A DNA stretch of 28,096 bases from a virus. Taxonomy: Duplodnaviria; Caudoviricetes. A program made the translations under genes and the position numbers. Within the stretch, counting starts at the first letter, position 1. Every line of letters begins with the position of its first letter. Below the pieces are notes generated by a model. That model ran no database searches. It saw nothing but the letters and a program-made list of their open reading frames with translations, and was not told where the DNA came from. Of this stretch, positions 5,141-15,636 are shown one piece after another. The stretch lies in the IMG/VR virus record IMGVR_UViG_3300037419_000689, positions 1 through 28,096 of that record, one strand, 5' to 3'.

Positions 5141-8100
5141 TTATTTGCGAGATTCTTGCGGTGGAGCCTTGAAATATCGGCTATCCGGTGAATAATATCT
5201 GTCCTGAAGCGGATTTAAGTTCTGAAGCATTGCGTCTAACTTGTCACTATTACTGCGGTCAAGAAGCCAATCTAGCGAATAGTTAGTGTACTTCCCTGCG
5301 TCCCCACCGTATTGCTGTGTTAGGTACTGTACGAAGTCCGCATTAGGATTATTACCTAGACCGTTCTTATATAGGTCAAGCGTCCAATCGTTCGCTTCTG
5401 CATCAGCACCTTTGAAGTGAGCGCCGAAGGAGATAGGTTTTTGATTGAATCCGATTTTGTTATTACCTAGCACTTCTGCACCTGGCGTAGCAACCGTTCC
5501 AGGAAACTGCATGTTCTGAAGCGGAGTAACGGAACCATCCTCATTCGGAACAAAACCTTGCGCCGCCATACCGCCTTGATACGGAACAGATTCTTTCGCC
5601 AACAAGCGCAGGGAATCGTTTAGGTCCTCACCCTTTAAGGCCGCTTCAATCGGGTTAGATATCAGCGCTAGTTCCTGTAACTTCGGTAAGGCAATTACCT
5701 TTCCGTCCCTCACAAAGATGTAGTTAAACTGCTTTGTATAGTCAGGAAGTCCATCGTATACTTCACGGTCCGAGTCACTCATGTTGTCGTGCATCATTTT
5801 CTCCGCTGCAACAAACGGCGCTACAATACCCATTGTCTTTATCAGTGTTTGCGTTGGTCTTTCGATAAAGGACCTAATGACTTTATCCTTTGACTGAGTG
5901 GTCGTATTAGCAAACACGACATACTTACGAATGGCCTTTGCTACACCACCGCGGCCTGCGCGGGAATAGTTGATTACGTCACGGCCCCTGTAGACCTGTT
6001 CACGCTTTAGGTCCTGTTGGAACTGGCGGAGTTGACTTTCGATCTGTTGCTTTTCGGCATTCAGATTATCAATCCCCTGCAACCTAGGGTCGAATGGGTC
6101 GGTTACGCCTTGTGCCTGTGCCAACTGCTCGTCAATCTGACCTAATCGGTCTTGGAGACTTTGCATTTCCTGACCATGCTTCTTCATAAACAAGCGCTCG
6201 GTTTCCTTCACTTCAATGTCACGCGGAATATCGTCGGTAATCTGACCTAGTTTCCTAGCAGGTGTAGTTAAGATATCGTACACTGTTTTAACTAACTCTC
6301 CCATGCTTTTCTTGTCTTTTACGACGGTCATTCCTGACTGTTTAGCGTACTCCTGCGTGATTTTAGTCGGGTCCATTCCTGCCGTATGTTCGTTATAAGC
6401 GTGTTCGAAGTAAGCGCCAACCTTTTTTGCGTCAGCATTTTTGTTCTTGACGGCCTTCATGACTTCCGTAAAGTATCTAACCGGATTACCGATTTGGGAA
6501 GTCAAGTACGCCTGTGTCATATCACGCGGCGCTGCTGTTACTTGATACTCAAGGGAAGTGGTCTTTAGATACGAATACAGACGAGTCAACTTCATAATGT
6601 TGTCTATGTCCATAGGCTGCTCGTTTTCTTTCAAGGCTTTCATCATATCCGGTTGCATACGGACATACTTTTTCGAACCATCAGGAAGCGACACTTCGAG
6701 GCCACCGCCATCATCAAACTGCTTTTTGGAAATGACTTTGGCAAACAATCCTTCAGGGTCCATTTCAGCTAACCGATATGCTTGTTGTGCAGTGTCATTA
6801 CGGTAGGCGTTTTTGAACAAGACGAATGAGTTCTTCATGATTGTTTCGATTGGGTTCTTGTAGAAAGTCTCCACATCCCCGTTATGCAGGCTGTGAACAA
6901 TGCCTGGATTAGAACGTCGTCTTGCGGACTGAGCGTTACCAGCTAACCCTGCGTCAATGTTATCAAGGTTTAGTTCCCTTGCCATCGGAATATAGAAAGG
7001 ATTTTCACCTAACGCCTTGTATGCTTCCTCATTAACTAAGCCGTAATCGCGCATCACATCTCGCCACTCTTGCGTCAGGTTACGCATTTCCTGAGTGAAG
7101 GCTTTATATTCAGGTCTAGCATCGCCTGCATTAATGATGCCAATAACACGCTCCCAGTCCCATCCTTCAGGCAATTCGTAGTCAGGCTTGCCATTGTTTC
7201 GAATCCAGTCTAAGTTCTTCGCCATTTGGTATTCAAGGGCCTTTGTAACTTCTTCAGGCTTACCACCGACTGTCGCTGCTAACCTAGACATATGATTATC
7301 TAAGAAATTCTTAGCCGCTGCACTTGAAGCCGCTTCATTTCCTACGGCTTTCTCTAGGTCCGAACCATACCGTTTTACGTTCTTTAACTGCGTAGACAGT
7401 TGCTTCGCTAAGTCGTGGTTGCCTGCTTCTTTTGCATCCTTAACTTGTTTCATCAAGGTTTGCATTTCTGCTACCTTAAACCCGTGATTCTTGTTGACAT
7501 AGTTCTCATAAAACTGATTGAGTTTGCGTTTGATTGGGTTCGCAATAGTCTCAATCGCTGTCTTTGATTGTGCAGGGCCATCAACATTAATAAGTGGATT
7601 AGTCTCCGCTTCATTGAAATGTTGAAGGTTCATACGTAATAACGGATCGGCGGCTACTTCTTCCGCCGCTTGCGAGGGAGTAGATTCGGGCGGATAGAAC
7701 CTAGTTGAGCCATCCGACTGCACTTCTTCTCTAAAAGTTGGGTTTTGCTTACGGAATAATTCAGCCGCAGCAGGATTTTTATACTCTAAAAATCCATTCT
7801 CTTGTAAGAGTCTAGCCCTTTCCGCATCAGCCGCCGCCTTAAATCCGCTACCCATATTTGCAAACGTGTCTGTAATCTGCTGCGCTTCTTGACTGACAGG
7901 TTTATCGTTTGAAATTAGACTAGCTAGTACCTGTTCAGGCGCTTGTGAATTGTTCACATTCTGCAATTTAGGATTGTCTAATAAACTAAGCAAATCGTCC
8001 ACGCTTCCAACAGGAGGGGCTGTGTTTACAGGCGGAAGTTCCCTTCCTGCCGGACGACCTAACGCATTTAGTTGGTTTAATGCTTCCCTGATTTTCGGAT

Positions 8101-10231
8101 CGCTACGTAGGGAACCTAACAAATTTGCCTGTCCATCATTTTCCCGTTCCGCTAGTTTAATTAAATCGTCAAACGTTTTAGGATCATTCGCGCCTTTAGC
8201 CCTACTGTAAAGTGCGTCGATATTACTTCTAGATTTAGGGTCTAATAGGTCTGCAATTAATTGGTCTAAGGCATCGGCTTCCCCTGATTGAGCAAATTTA
8301 CTTCTAGCTTCATTCTCTAACAACTTCCAACCATCTTCAGTTATAGGCCGGTTATTGGCAGGCGTTAAATCCTTCAGCCTTAGTTTACTATCTGCGTCAA
8401 TTTGCTTTAGGTATTGAACAGCTTCATCTACAGAACTAAACCCTTCCTGGTCTGCGAAGGAATGAATGTCATTAGAGTGCCTGTCCGTTAAAGAAGCGCG
8501 AAACTGTTGCGGAATGCCATAGTCCTCACGTTCTCCTTTAGGTACGTAAATCTTACCGTGAGTGCTTTTAATACGTTCCGATTCATCTTTTGCTTGTTTA
8601 ATAACGGATTCCCATTTAGCTTGAGCGTTAGCTGCTTGTGTTTGGTTTGCAACGTGCGGTTCTAACTCTCGTTGGACGAAACTATTTTCTAGCGCATCCC
8701 TTTGATTAAAAGCATCTTGAACAGTGGAAAACGTGTCCGTGTTTTCTTGATCGCGCATCGCCTTCTGAACATCTAACACTCGTTGGTTGTAGAAATTCTT
8801 TGGAGTAGGCGGTTGGTCTATTTGATTCAGGATATTATCCGCTAGGTTGTTGATGTTTTCCTTTTCATATCTAGCGACGTTCGCCTGTTGTGGTCCTCTT
8901 GCTTGCGGACCGTTTCCTCTTTGACCAAAGTTAAATAACGGGTCTAACAACGCCTCCTGGATGCTGGTATCTCCAACTTCAGGTAGTTGGTCAGGAGCAA
9001 AGTCATTCATTGTTTGCTTCAATTCATAAGGTATCGGCGCTTCGTTTGGTGATGCTCCTATCTCTTGCGCCACTCTCGACGCTTGTGCTGCTTCTTCTGC
9101 CCCTCTTACCGCTTCCGCCCCTCTGCCTGCACCTCTTAGTGCTTTAGCAATACCACCAACTCCGAGTAAGTTAAGCGGATCAAGCAACACTTCCGTTCCC
9201 ATACCGGCTGTTTCAGTTCCTATTTTTCTTCGTACTTCATCTTTTTTGTCTTTCGGAACTAACATAGAAGCCGCGTTTCCGATTGCCCCTGTTGAACCAA
9301 TAGCTATGTCACCTAGTATCTTAGCAATTGCGCTGTCGGTTTTGTTATTCTCAGGGTCAAACCCGAATGTTTGGTTTAGTTCTGTGCCGGACGTATTCAT
9401 CTTGCCTGTGAATCCTGCCTTAGCGCCTTCTAGGAAACTAGAACCTTCTGCCTTGTTTTTGATACCGGAGCGAAGGGCATCCCACGGACGGTCTGCGATT
9501 TCGAGTGCCTTTATCACACCATCAGCGAATTTATTCCCTGTCTTTAGTTGTTCATTTTCGTTATCTTTTTCTACGTAATCCTTATTTGTTCGTCTTTGGA
9601 AGGCTTCTTCCGAACGCTTCGCAATGTCCGCATCTTCCTGAGCGCGGTAGTCTGCGATGCTGTTCTGATAGTCCGTACTGGTTTTGATGTTCTTTGTCAT
9701 TTGGTTAAGAATCGCATCAATACGGTCTACCTGAGTCGTAGCACCTTGCCCTTGTGGAACAGATGAACGTTGGTCGACGGTTTTATCCTTCTTCAGTTTC
9801 GGACCAGGAGCCACAGAATCTTCCTGAAAATCTAAGAAGTTTCGGAAGTCCTCCGCCTGTCCTTCTGTGAGGCCCATTATTTTTGCCCACTCTTTGAACT
9901 TGTCGTTATTGCTTCTAGCCCCTTTGAACTTCAAGTCGCTTAGATTTTCTTCCCACTTGTACTTATCGTCCTTACTCTTACCTTGATAGTTGTCTGTTGT
10001 ATATTTGACACGGGAAGTCTTGGCAGCTTCTTTATAATTAATTTGACCGGAAGCGGCATCAGCCACCGCTTCCTTTTGCTTGTTTGCTTGGTCCTCATAG
10101 AAATAATCTAACCAATTCTTACCACCTGTCATATACTGCTTGCCAGGGTCCTTTGACTGAAACACACTGTCATTTTCCCAGTTCTTGTTAGAGTTCTCTT
10201 TCCATTTATCTTTCTTCTTTTTGTCAGCCAT
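5141..10231 (-). CDS. Large (1696 aa) internal virion / DNA-ejection protein with LPD38-like C-terminal region
   Basis: Last gene of a podovirus-type structural cluster; helical composition; INYSRAG..YVVFAN..YDGLPDYTK..IALPK pattern recalls LPD38; RBS GGAGG. Confidence 0.7.
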   Translation of the reverse strand: MADKKKKDKWKENSNKNWENDSVFQSKDPGKQYMTGGKNWLDYFYEDQANKQKEAVADAASGQINYKEAAKTSRVKYTTDNYQGKSKDDKYKWEENLSDLKFKGARSNNDKFKEWAKIMGLTEGQAEDFRNFLDFQEDSVAPGPKLKKDKTVDQRSSVPQGQGATTQVDRIDAILNQMTKNIKTSTDYQNSIADYRAQEDADIAKRSEEAFQRRTNKDYVEKDNENEQLKTGNKFADGVIKALEIADRPWDALRSGIKNKAEGSSFLEGAKAGFTGKMNTSGTELNQTFGFDPENNKTDSAIAKILGDIAIGSTGAIGNAASMLVPKDKKDEVRRKIGTETAGMGTEVLLDPLNLLGVGGIAKALRGAGRGAEAVRGAEEAAQASRVAQEIGASPNEAPIPYELKQTMNDFAPDQLPEVGDTSIQEALLDPLFNFGQRGNGPQARGPQQANVARYEKENINNLADNILNQIDQPPTPKNFYNQRVLDVQKAMRDQENTDTFSTVQDAFNQRDALENSFVQRELEPHVANQTQAANAQAKWESVIKQAKDESERIKSTHGKIYVPKGEREDYGIPQQFRASLTDRHSNDIHSFADQEGFSSVDEAVQYLKQIDADSKLRLKDLTPANNRPITEDGWKLLENEARSKFAQSGEADALDQLIADLLDPKSRSNIDALYSRAKGANDPKTFDDLIKLAERENDGQANLLGSLRSDPKIREALNQLNALGRPAGRELPPVNTAPPVGSVDDLLSLLDNPKLQNVNNSQAPEQVLASLISNDKPVSQEAQQITDTFANMGSGFKAAADAERARLLQENGFLEYKNPAAAELFRKQNPTFREEVQSDGSTRFYPPESTPSQAAEEVAADPLLRMNLQHFNEAETNPLINVDGPAQSKTAIETIANPIKRKLNQFYENYVNKNHGFKVAEMQTLMKQVKDAKEAGNHDLAKQLSTQLKNVKRYGSDLEKAVGNEAASSAAAKNFLDNHMSRLAATVGGKPEEVTKALEYQMAKNLDWIRNNGKPDYELPEGWDWERVIGIINAGDARPEYKAFTQEMRNLTQEWRDVMRDYGLVNEEAYKALGENPFYIPMARELNLDNIDAGLAGNAQSARRRSNPGIVHSLHNGDVETFYKNPIETIMKNSFVLFKNAYRNDTAQQAYRLAEMDPEGLFAKVISKKQFDDGGGLEVSLPDGSKKYVRMQPDMMKALKENEQPMDIDNIMKLTRLYSYLKTTSLEYQVTAAPRDMTQAYLTSQIGNPVRYFTEVMKAVKNKNADAKKVGAYFEHAYNEHTAGMDPTKITQEYAKQSGMTVVKDKKSMGELVKTVYDILTTPARKLGQITDDIPRDIEVKETERLFMKKHGQEMQSLQDRLGQIDEQLAQAQGVTDPFDPRLQGIDNLNAEKQQIESQLRQFQQDLKREQVYRGRDVINYSRAGRGGVAKAIRKYVVFANTTTQSKDKVIRSFIERPTQTLIKTMGIVAPFVAAEKMMHDNMSDSDREVYDGLPDYTKQFNYIFVRDGKVIALPKLQELALISNPIEAALKGEDLNDSLRLLAKESVPYQGGMAAQGFVPNEDGSVTPLQNMQFPGTVATPGAEVLGNNKIGFNQKPISFGAHFKGADAEANDWTLDLYKNGLGNNPNADFVQYLTQQYGGDAGKYTNYSLDWLLDRSNSDKLDAMLQNLNPLQDRYYSPDSRYFKAPPQESRK

Positions 10232-10246
10232 CGGGATTGTCCCTCC

Positions 10247-11209
10247 TTATCGTCCGCCTGTCAGCATCCTCATCTTGTCATAAGCTGTCAGGTATGGGGT
10301 ATTTGCAATTGAATAAGAATTAGACCTGACCATGTTGCTGACAGTCGGGCTTAGGCTATTCCTTGCCCAGTTGTCAATCGGCGCTATAGTTGACACGTAT
10401 CTCTGAGCAGGAGTTACTGCTTGTTTTGCTTTTGTTGCGTTGTAGTTTTGCAATTGCTTCGCTAGATTGCTTTGTTGTGCGGCTTTAAGGGCTGCGTCCT
10501 GCGCTGCCTTCTGTTGCGCCGCACGGGCTGCCGCCGCCCTAGCGGCCTCCTGCTTTCGGAGGGCTAAATCCTGCTCCTTGTACCAGTTTCCAATTTGGTC
10601 TTGATACTGACCGTAACGCTGATTATCTAGCGTGTTGAACCATGAACGCTCTTGACCTAACAAGCCGTAACCCTGTGACAGCAATTCCTGATACAGTTTT
10701 TCGGCAGTCGATTGACGTTCCTTTTCCACTTGCGCCAATGCTTCAGAAATACGCTGCACTTCGTTATTGTAGCGGTCTTTCTCTTTTGCTTTATTGTTGT
10801 TCGCATCACGATACAATCCAGCTAACACAGACTGTTGGTTCATACCTAAACGTAAGTCCTGGTCTGCCTGCATCCCTGCGTTAATACCGGAGTTCACTTG
10901 ATTCTGCCGTTGCTTCAGGTAGTTTTGGAAGAAGTTATTCTCTGTTCCGATTACCCCGTCCTTCAGGCCACTGTTAATGTCACGGATCGTTTGGTCATAC
11001 AAGGTTTGGTTTTGTCGGGATTGGTCATTGTACGCATTCCGCTGTCCTGACGCTACCGTTTCTGCCTGTTGGTCTGCATATCCCCTGTCAAACCTAAAAC
11101 CGTATTTATTTGCTACGTCGTTGATAGAAGCGTTCTGCCACTTCAGGTTGTTCTGATGCTCCTGACTGGCGTTATATTGCTGTTGGTATGTTTCTAATGG
11201 AGTTGCCAT
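10247..11209 (-). CDS. Q/A/N-rich coiled-coil protein, probable internal virion (ejection) protein
   Basis: Composition and position just upstream of the giant gene; RBS AAAGGAGGGG. Confidence 0.6.
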   Translation of the reverse strand: MATPLETYQQQYNASQEHQNNLKWQNASINDVANKYGFRFDRGYADQQAETVASGQRNAYNDQSRQNQTLYDQTIRDINSGLKDGVIGTENNFFQNYLKQRQNQVNSGINAGMQADQDLRLGMNQQSVLAGLYRDANNNKAKEKDRYNNEVQRISEALAQVEKERQSTAEKLYQELLSQGYGLLGQERSWFNTLDNQRYGQYQDQIGNWYKEQDLALRKQEAARAAAARAAQQKAAQDAALKAAQQSNLAKQLQNYNATKAKQAVTPAQRYVSTIAPIDNWARNSLSPTVSNMVRSNSYSIANTPYLTAYDKMRMLTGGR

Positions 11210-11228
11210 AGTTTATCCCCTCCTTTAC

Positions 11229-11948
11229 TTATTGCGCAGTGCGAAAACGAATATTATCTAAAAAGATGTATGAACTAAATGGAGTTTGTACCTCCACTAC
11301 TCCATCACTACGAACTTGAATATTGCAACTACCGTTATCATGTGAGCAAGGAAAACGATATGTCTGCTCAGGTAGCCAACCATTAGGTAATTGAGTAATC
11401 CACGATCCTACACCAACCGAAATTGTGCCGCTTGGCTCAACTAGCCCTTTCATCGTTACAAAGCCTTTATCATCCTTATAAAGCGCAGGTGTTGTAAAAG
11501 TTCCACCTTGCGAATATGGGCGAAACCCATCCCATAGGGTCAGAGTGGTATAGCCTGTAAACCCTTTTTTAACGAAGTTGTTATCTGCGTCCGCTGTACT
11601 GTAAGCACCTACTTGAGCGGCGGTTACTCCGTGAGGATTGTCTGTTCTTGCGGCGTGGGTCTTTACACTCTGTACTTGCCATTGGCTGTTGGAACCTAAC
11701 ACATACAATAAGTCTTGGTCTGTGCGGTAGAAAACATCACCGATTGCAGGGGCAGGGCTTGTTGGAAAGGCAATCCCCGAAGGAACCCGTTTAATGGTTC
11801 CGCCTGATGCGTTCTTTAAGATAACCACGTCGTCGTCTGTACTGTTAACGGCAGTACGGATAATCTCTAGTTCCTGCATATATTCAGAAGCAGTGACCGT
11901 ATCCCCGTCTTGCCACGCTTTGAATGTTCCGTCTGATATTCTAGCCAT
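11229..11948 (-). CDS. Tail fibre / receptor-binding-like protein
   Basis: HAARTDNPHGVTAAQVG fibre motif and C-terminal beta domain (VTMKGLV..ITQLPNGWLP). Confidence 0.7.
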   Translation of the reverse strand: MARISDGTFKAWQDGDTVTASEYMQELEIIRTAVNSTDDDVVILKNASGGTIKRVPSGIAFPTSPAPAIGDVFYRTDQDLLYVLGSNSQWQVQSVKTHAARTDNPHGVTAAQVGAYSTADADNNFVKKGFTGYTTLTLWDGFRPYSQGGTFTTPALYKDDKGFVTMKGLVEPSGTISVGVGSWITQLPNGWLPEQTYRFPCSHDNGSCNIQVRSDGVVEVQTPFSSYIFLDNIRFRTAQ

Positions 11949-11960
11949 GTTCTCACTCCT

Positions 11961-13883
11961 TTACGGCTTTCGTAATTTATAAATGAATCCTAAACCTAAC
12001 ACGGTATTAGGTTTTGCTTCGCTATGCTCGATTTCCAATCGTACCTTACGGCATTTGCCTGACAACGATACGTAGTAAATACCGCTCTCCACGCTTCCAA
12101 ATGCGGAACTTCCCATAATCCAAGAACCTAACACCGTTCCTGTTTCAATAGAAATATTCGGAGTCGCCTGCGTTGTCCATACCACTTCGCCTAGTTCATT
12201 GACACTGGCATAACTCGTATCCGGATTAACAATCGCCGCCCCGTCCGCATACACCCATAAAGACAATTTTGTTGCTGATGTTTGACCTAACAAAATCTGC
12301 AATTCTTTTAGTTTCTTATTGTTATAGGGAGCGTTGAAGTCGTAGTCTTTGAACACGTATCTGTCTGTGAACACATAGCCATCATCACTGTATACGCTGT
12401 TATCCATTTTTAGGATATAGGAAGTGTCCTGTGCTTGTCCATAGACTTCTCCTGAAAATTCATATAATCTATTAAAATTTAATTTAGGGGACTCGTCTTT
12501 TGTCCATACCCCGCGCTGATAGTAGAACCTAAACCGCTTCTGCTTCGATGGGAAGGTGAGTTGGTACTGACCGTCCGCCACACATGCACAAGCGTCCGTG
12601 TCACGCGGAATGACATTAGAAACTAACGTGTCAATCTTTTGTACGTTCACTCGACTTTCCGAATACCCTACCGACTTCAGGATATATACCCCTTCTAAAC
12701 TAAGGAATCCGATGTAGTTCTCAAACACCTGCGCTGAGTAAGGAGCTATACACCCTACTGATGTACTGAGGTATACCCGCTGATAGTCATAAGGAGACTT
12801 CCCGTATAGTCCTTGAATGGTATGAGGCGTAAACGCAACAAGCATATCACGGAACTTCACAATAGCCGTTAGTTCCTCTTTCTCTTGGTTCTCAAACTTC
12901 AAGGTGTTCAGTGTTGGAATATAGTCAGGCCGGCTTAAATCCGAAATGTAAATCATGTCTTTTTGTTTCGGATCGCCGTATAAAATCACACGGTCCCAAT
13001 GAAGCAGGATGCGATTGCATTGATGAACACCTGACGTATCCTCCACCTTGTTTTCGTCTAGTTCCTTGACGGTATATTTCGGAATCAAGTATTCCGTATA
13101 TTTAACAGGGTCGGTCTCCCCCTGCATCCGCCCAGTACAGCGAATCTCGTAGTCTCCTACACCTAACAATGGGCTGATAGCCTTCCAAGAAGGATTAAAA
13201 TCAAACATCAGCGTCCATGCTTCTACCCCAATCACACGGTATTCCCACTTGAACTCGGCTGTACCTGTGGCGGGTTTAGCGATATATACATTAAAGTCAT
13301 TGTTCTTGTTCGCCACTCCGTACCGCTTTTGAATCGTGATTCCGGTGATTTGCAGGTATGCCGATGTGCTGTCTGAGATAAAGTTCGTCGGGTCGTCTGC
13401 AAGGGAGTTCGTTCCGATGTAGATAACCTCTAACGCTTCCGGACGGTACGGTGTGATAACCGCTGCTGTTGTTCCGTCATAGACGACAAACTTTGTGCCA
13501 GTTGCGATGTACAATTTGTCATTGTATTGAACGGCTTCTATTTGTCTAGTTGTTTGGAAACTAGCCAATCCTGTAATTGGTAGTTCCGCCCCGCCCTTGT
13601 ACAGTTTACCGTTCACGGCGAGTATTTCTTCCATTGTCCCGTCCGTTTTAAAATATCTAAAGTAGCCTTGTGCTGTCCCCGAAACAGGCGGTGTTAGATG
13701 GCGAGACATTCCGCCCCTCCGTTTGGCAGGTCCGCGTTCGGCAAGGTCAACATTGGTCAAGTCTGTAAACTCGTTATCTTTTAAGTTATCATCCGACGTA
13801 ACGGTATTTAATCCGCCTGAGAAGTCGTTGTAGGCTTCCATATGCTTCAGGTACGGTACGGGATTCATTTGTTGCTTTGCCAT
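11961..13883 (-). CDS. Tail nozzle / DNA stabilization protein (analogous to P22 gp10, T7 gp12)
   Basis: DFSGGLN..NVD..G.AKRRGG N-terminus, VGCIAPYS motif, beta-rich, 640 aa, located in the tail cluster. Confidence 0.75.
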   Translation of the reverse strand: MAKQQMNPVPYLKHMEAYNDFSGGLNTVTSDDNLKDNEFTDLTNVDLAERGPAKRRGGMSRHLTPPVSGTAQGYFRYFKTDGTMEEILAVNGKLYKGGAELPITGLASFQTTRQIEAVQYNDKLYIATGTKFVVYDGTTAAVITPYRPEALEVIYIGTNSLADDPTNFISDSTSAYLQITGITIQKRYGVANKNNDFNVYIAKPATGTAEFKWEYRVIGVEAWTLMFDFNPSWKAISPLLGVGDYEIRCTGRMQGETDPVKYTEYLIPKYTVKELDENKVEDTSGVHQCNRILLHWDRVILYGDPKQKDMIYISDLSRPDYIPTLNTLKFENQEKEELTAIVKFRDMLVAFTPHTIQGLYGKSPYDYQRVYLSTSVGCIAPYSAQVFENYIGFLSLEGVYILKSVGYSESRVNVQKIDTLVSNVIPRDTDACACVADGQYQLTFPSKQKRFRFYYQRGVWTKDESPKLNFNRLYEFSGEVYGQAQDTSYILKMDNSVYSDDGYVFTDRYVFKDYDFNAPYNNKKLKELQILLGQTSATKLSLWVYADGAAIVNPDTSYASVNELGEVVWTTQATPNISIETGTVLGSWIMGSSAFGSVESGIYYVSLSGKCRKVRLEIEHSEAKPNTVLGLGFIYKLRKP

Positions 13884-13886
13884 TGG

Positions 13887-14783
13887 TTAACCTCCTATCC
13901 TCATGGCGTAAAACTCCGGTGATGTTTCGTCTGTTGTTCGGTTAATGGTTATGGATGAAATGGAACTTTGGTAGGCGTAGCACTCCACATAGTCACCTGC
14001 ATTGAAGTAGTAAATCGTACTAACATTTATGCTAGTCGCAATGGAGGAACTAACGGCTCCTAAAGCCTGTTCACCAATTACCTTTGTTCCGTTTCGTTTA
14101 ATGCTAACCATTCGAACCCCCGACGCATTGGCGCTGAATTGAATGTTTGCGCCCACGATATAGTATCCTGCTGTGTTGAAGGTAATTCTTCCATTCGGTG
14201 AAGTCGTGTGCATGTTGTCTGTGTCGAATCGTTCAGCATCGAAACTAACCAATGTTGATGTGGAGGCAGGCAAACTTTGGTTCGCTGTGCCGTACACCCT
14301 GCATCCGATTGGTGCTGCTGCCGGCGGGGCCGTATTCTCTACGACACCACCATTAAAGATTAGGTTCGTTCCGTTGTCACTCAGCTTATCTAGCGTAGAC
14401 TTATTGCTATGCGTGTGCAGGTCTGACGTATTTGCCTTCCCTGACAGCACCGTATCTAGCCCCGTTACCTCTGACGTTGCGTGAGTATGGGCAGAAGGAG
14501 CAAATGTACTCGGCTTTCCTGTAACTCCTGTCCACGCCACACTGTCGGCGGACACCGCACTGTTTACTTTACCGTCCCCGTCTGTATCGTAGGTGCTTTT
14601 CGACATGTCGCCTGTCCCGCCACCGCCTCCGCCGCCTGTTCCGATATCGGACTTCTTAGCTAGTTCCACGTTACCTGAAGGGGTTCCGACAAACATCTTA
14701 CCATTAGAGGCCACGAAAGGCTCTCCATATTTTAAAGTAGATAATCTAGACTCGTCACCGCGCTTGAACCGAATTTCACCCAC
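13887..14783 (-). CDS. Fibre protein with Mtd-N-like start, HxH fibre repeats and C1q-like head
   Basis: IRFKRG..L..GEP; WTGVTGKPSTFAPSAHTH..EVTGL; C-terminal VSFD..FDTDNM..GRITFNTAGYY..AGDYVE. Confidence 0.7.
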   Translation of the reverse strand: MGEIRFKRGDESRLSTLKYGEPFVASNGKMFVGTPSGNVELAKKSDIGTGGGGGGGTGDMSKSTYDTDGDGKVNSAVSADSVAWTGVTGKPSTFAPSAHTHATSEVTGLDTVLSGKANTSDLHTHSNKSTLDKLSDNGTNLIFNGGVVENTAPPAAAPIGCRVYGTANQSLPASTSTLVSFDAERFDTDNMHTTSPNGRITFNTAGYYIVGANIQFSANASGVRMVSIKRNGTKVIGEQALGAVSSSIATSINVSTIYYFNAGDYVECYAYQSSISSITINRTTDETSPEFYAMRIGG

Positions 14784-15244
14784 TACACCTCACCACCATC
14801 TACACCGGTATCCGTACTCGTTGTTGGAGGCGGGAAGTTGATTTCAGGTTCGTTTCCACTCCAGGAATAGTAGTTGCCTGTGTAGTCAGGTGCAAATGAT
14901 GTTTGGATATCTGAAGCCTTGTATTGGGCAGGAATGGTGTATCGTGACTTAAACTCTGTCAGGTTGTCCTGAAATTCTCCGTAGGCATCCGAATATTCGA
15001 ATTGAGAAGAATCCGTTTGCTTGATACGCCCGACAACAAAAGGAACTAACAACGCTCTCTGCCATGTTTCCGTAAACCCCGCGTACTCGGTGTTTAGTTC
15101 GTTCATATTGAAGAAGGGGAAGTTGGCCCCGCATTTTACGTTAATCCTGGCAACGGCATCGTTCACGAATCCGATGGCCTTATCGGTTGTAATCGTTTCG
15201 TCTGCAATCAAGTTCGCCTGCTGAATAATCTGTACCACGTTCAT
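14783..15244 (-). CDS. Head-tail adaptor-like protein
   Basis: 153 aa helical, FVNDAVARIN motif, first gene after the capsid block; RBS AAAGGAGG. Confidence 0.6.
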   Translation of the reverse strand: MNVVQIIQQANLIADETITTDKAIGFVNDAVARINVKCGANFPFFNMNELNTEYAGFTETWQRALLVPFVVGRIKQTDSSQFEYSDAYGEFQDNLTEFKSRYTIPAQYKASDIQTSFAPDYTGNYYSWSGNEPEINFPPPTTSTDTGVDGGEV

Positions 15245-15265
15245 ATTATCGCCTCCTTTATATAG

Positions 15266-15297
15266 AAAAAGAGGAAAGGGTATGCCCCTTCCCTCCT
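15266..15297 (-). terminator. Intrinsic terminator after the capsid block
   Basis: GAGGGAAGGG..CCCTTTCCTC stem followed by TTTTT on the minus strand. Confidence 0.7.
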
Positions 15298-15303
15298 TTG
15301 GGA

Positions 15304-15579
15304 TTAGCTATTTAGATTTTCAAGGTAATCATTTAACAATGCTTTATACGGAGCCGGAACATCATATTCCTTCCCGTCCACCGGAAGCACGATCATTGCG
15401 CCATTAATACCTAACGGAAGTGTAGGTCCAATATGCTTTTCCAGTGCTTTTGGAATTGAAGCCTTTACTAGCTTCTCCGCTTTTAAAGCGGCTGCTGCTT
15501 CTTTAATTTGCTTTTCTAAGTCCTTAATCGCAGTTTCCTTAACGGCCTGCGCTGTGGATTTAGTTGTATTTACTGCCAT
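15304..15579 (-). CDS. Small hypothetical protein co-transcribed with the capsid gene
   Basis: 91 aa, RBS AAGGGG, between MCP and terminator. Confidence 0.7.
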   Translation of the reverse strand: MAVNTTKSTAQAVKETAIKDLEKQIKEAAAALKAEKLVKASIPKALEKHIGPTLPLGINGAMIVLPVDGKEYDVPAPYKALLNDYLENLNS

Positions 15580-15608
15580 GAACTAAAACCCCTTTATCAT
15601 AGTTTAGA

Positions 15609-15629
15609 GAAAGGGGCATATAGCCCCTG
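15609..15629 (-). terminator. Hairpin or weak terminator after the MCP gene
   Basis: AGGGGC/GCCCCT stem with a short TTTCTCT tail. Confidence 0.5.
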
Positions 15630-15636
15630 ACTAAAA

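Noticed and set aside
5141-6140. Apparent abundance of CTAG and TTAG words
   Set aside because: A hand count suggests only modest enrichment, explicable by Leu (CTA/TTA) codons followed by G; a k-mer model is needed.
5141-10231. Tape measure protein call for the 1696-aa ORF
   Set aside because: No tail tube, tail chaperone or baseplate genes; the gene set is podovirus-like.
13887-14783. Diversity-generating retroelement target, suggested by the Mtd-N-like start
   Set aside because: No reverse transcriptase and no template/variable repeat pair seen in the window.
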